From Sphyrna mokarran (lineage: Eukaryota): DNA of 64,000 nucleotides. The stretch lies in contig JAGIQG010000028.1 in assembly GCA_024679065.1 (NCBI GenBank), forward strand, positions 10,230,001-10,294,000, given 5' to 3'. Under the pieces are notes generated by a model. That model was not told where the DNA came from, searched no databases, and worked only from the letters and a program-made list of their open reading frames with translations. Shown here piece after piece: positions 63,653 to 64,000 of the stretch (positions are counted from its first letter, which is position 1; every line of letters starts with the position of its first letter). A program made the translations under genes and the position numbers.

Positions 63653-64000
63653 GGGGCTGAATCTTAATTCCCAATGCATGGGTTAGCATGTATCCAAAGT
63701 TAAAACTCAGCAGTCTGGAACCAGAGCCAAAGCTGTCCACTTCAATTTTAACAGGTGTGATGAGGGTCAGCAACCAATCTATTTACGGGAAGTGGGTGGG
63801 TAATTTAGTCATTAGTTTATCATTCTACTTTTAACCACAGGTGTCTGGGTTGCCCGGGCCTTGGGAAACTCAGCAGTTTAAAAAAGGTGAGTGGGGATGA
63901 AACCGTGAGGTAAGTCCGTTTACAACACTGTAAAGAAACAGGAGTGCTTCCTTCAGGTCCCATATGTTATCCAGTAAATGTCCTCTGCTGCTCTTCCTCA
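63653..64000. mobile_element. MITE-like GC-richer element, possibly running off the window end
   Basis: Starts GGGGCTGAATCTT; internal GGGTTGCCCGGGCCTTGGGAAAC. Confidence 0.4.

Noticed and set aside
23-63773. The many 60-150 aa ORFs in the six-frame track as host genes
   Set aside because: They lack recognisable domains, many start at non-ATG codons, and most overlap SINEs, MITEs or antisense LINE frames.
63841-63916. Host exon with CAG acceptor and GTGAGT/GTAAGT donors
   Set aside because: It lies inside a MITE-like repeat; similar donor motifs occur in other such elements (about 28027, 59333).

Overview
This 64-kb window is AT-rich, CpG-poor eukaryotic DNA, almost certainly from a shark or other elasmobranch, judged by its HE1-type V-SINEs, CR1/HER1 LINEs and DeuSINE-like relics. 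It reads as intronic or intergenic sequence. I recognised no host protein-coding gene. The only long, protein-like ORFs are retrotransposon-derived: an uninterrupted but 5'-truncated CR1 ORF2 reverse transcriptase (39335-40912, minus strand) and a frameshifted Tx1-type RT (about 609-2635, minus strand). Bases 1-44,700 are dense with nested SINEs, CR1/L2 fragments, GC-rich MITE-like elements and Penelope-like terminal repeats. About 44.7-57.5 kb has almost no recognisable TEs and contains a promoter-like CpG patch (about 46.15-46.4 kb) followed by candidate first and short exons on the + strand. The most interesting observations are that candidate promoter/first-exon cluster, a 93-bp near-perfect palindrome and an inverted-end element built from Penelope-like termini with decayed hammerhead-ribozyme cores, one SINE body carrying two different LINE tails, and synonymous-biased divergence among three young CR1 copies. 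I found no clearly new multi-gene system. Repeat family names come from my recollection of consensus motifs, not from a database search, and boundaries of old repeats are approximate.
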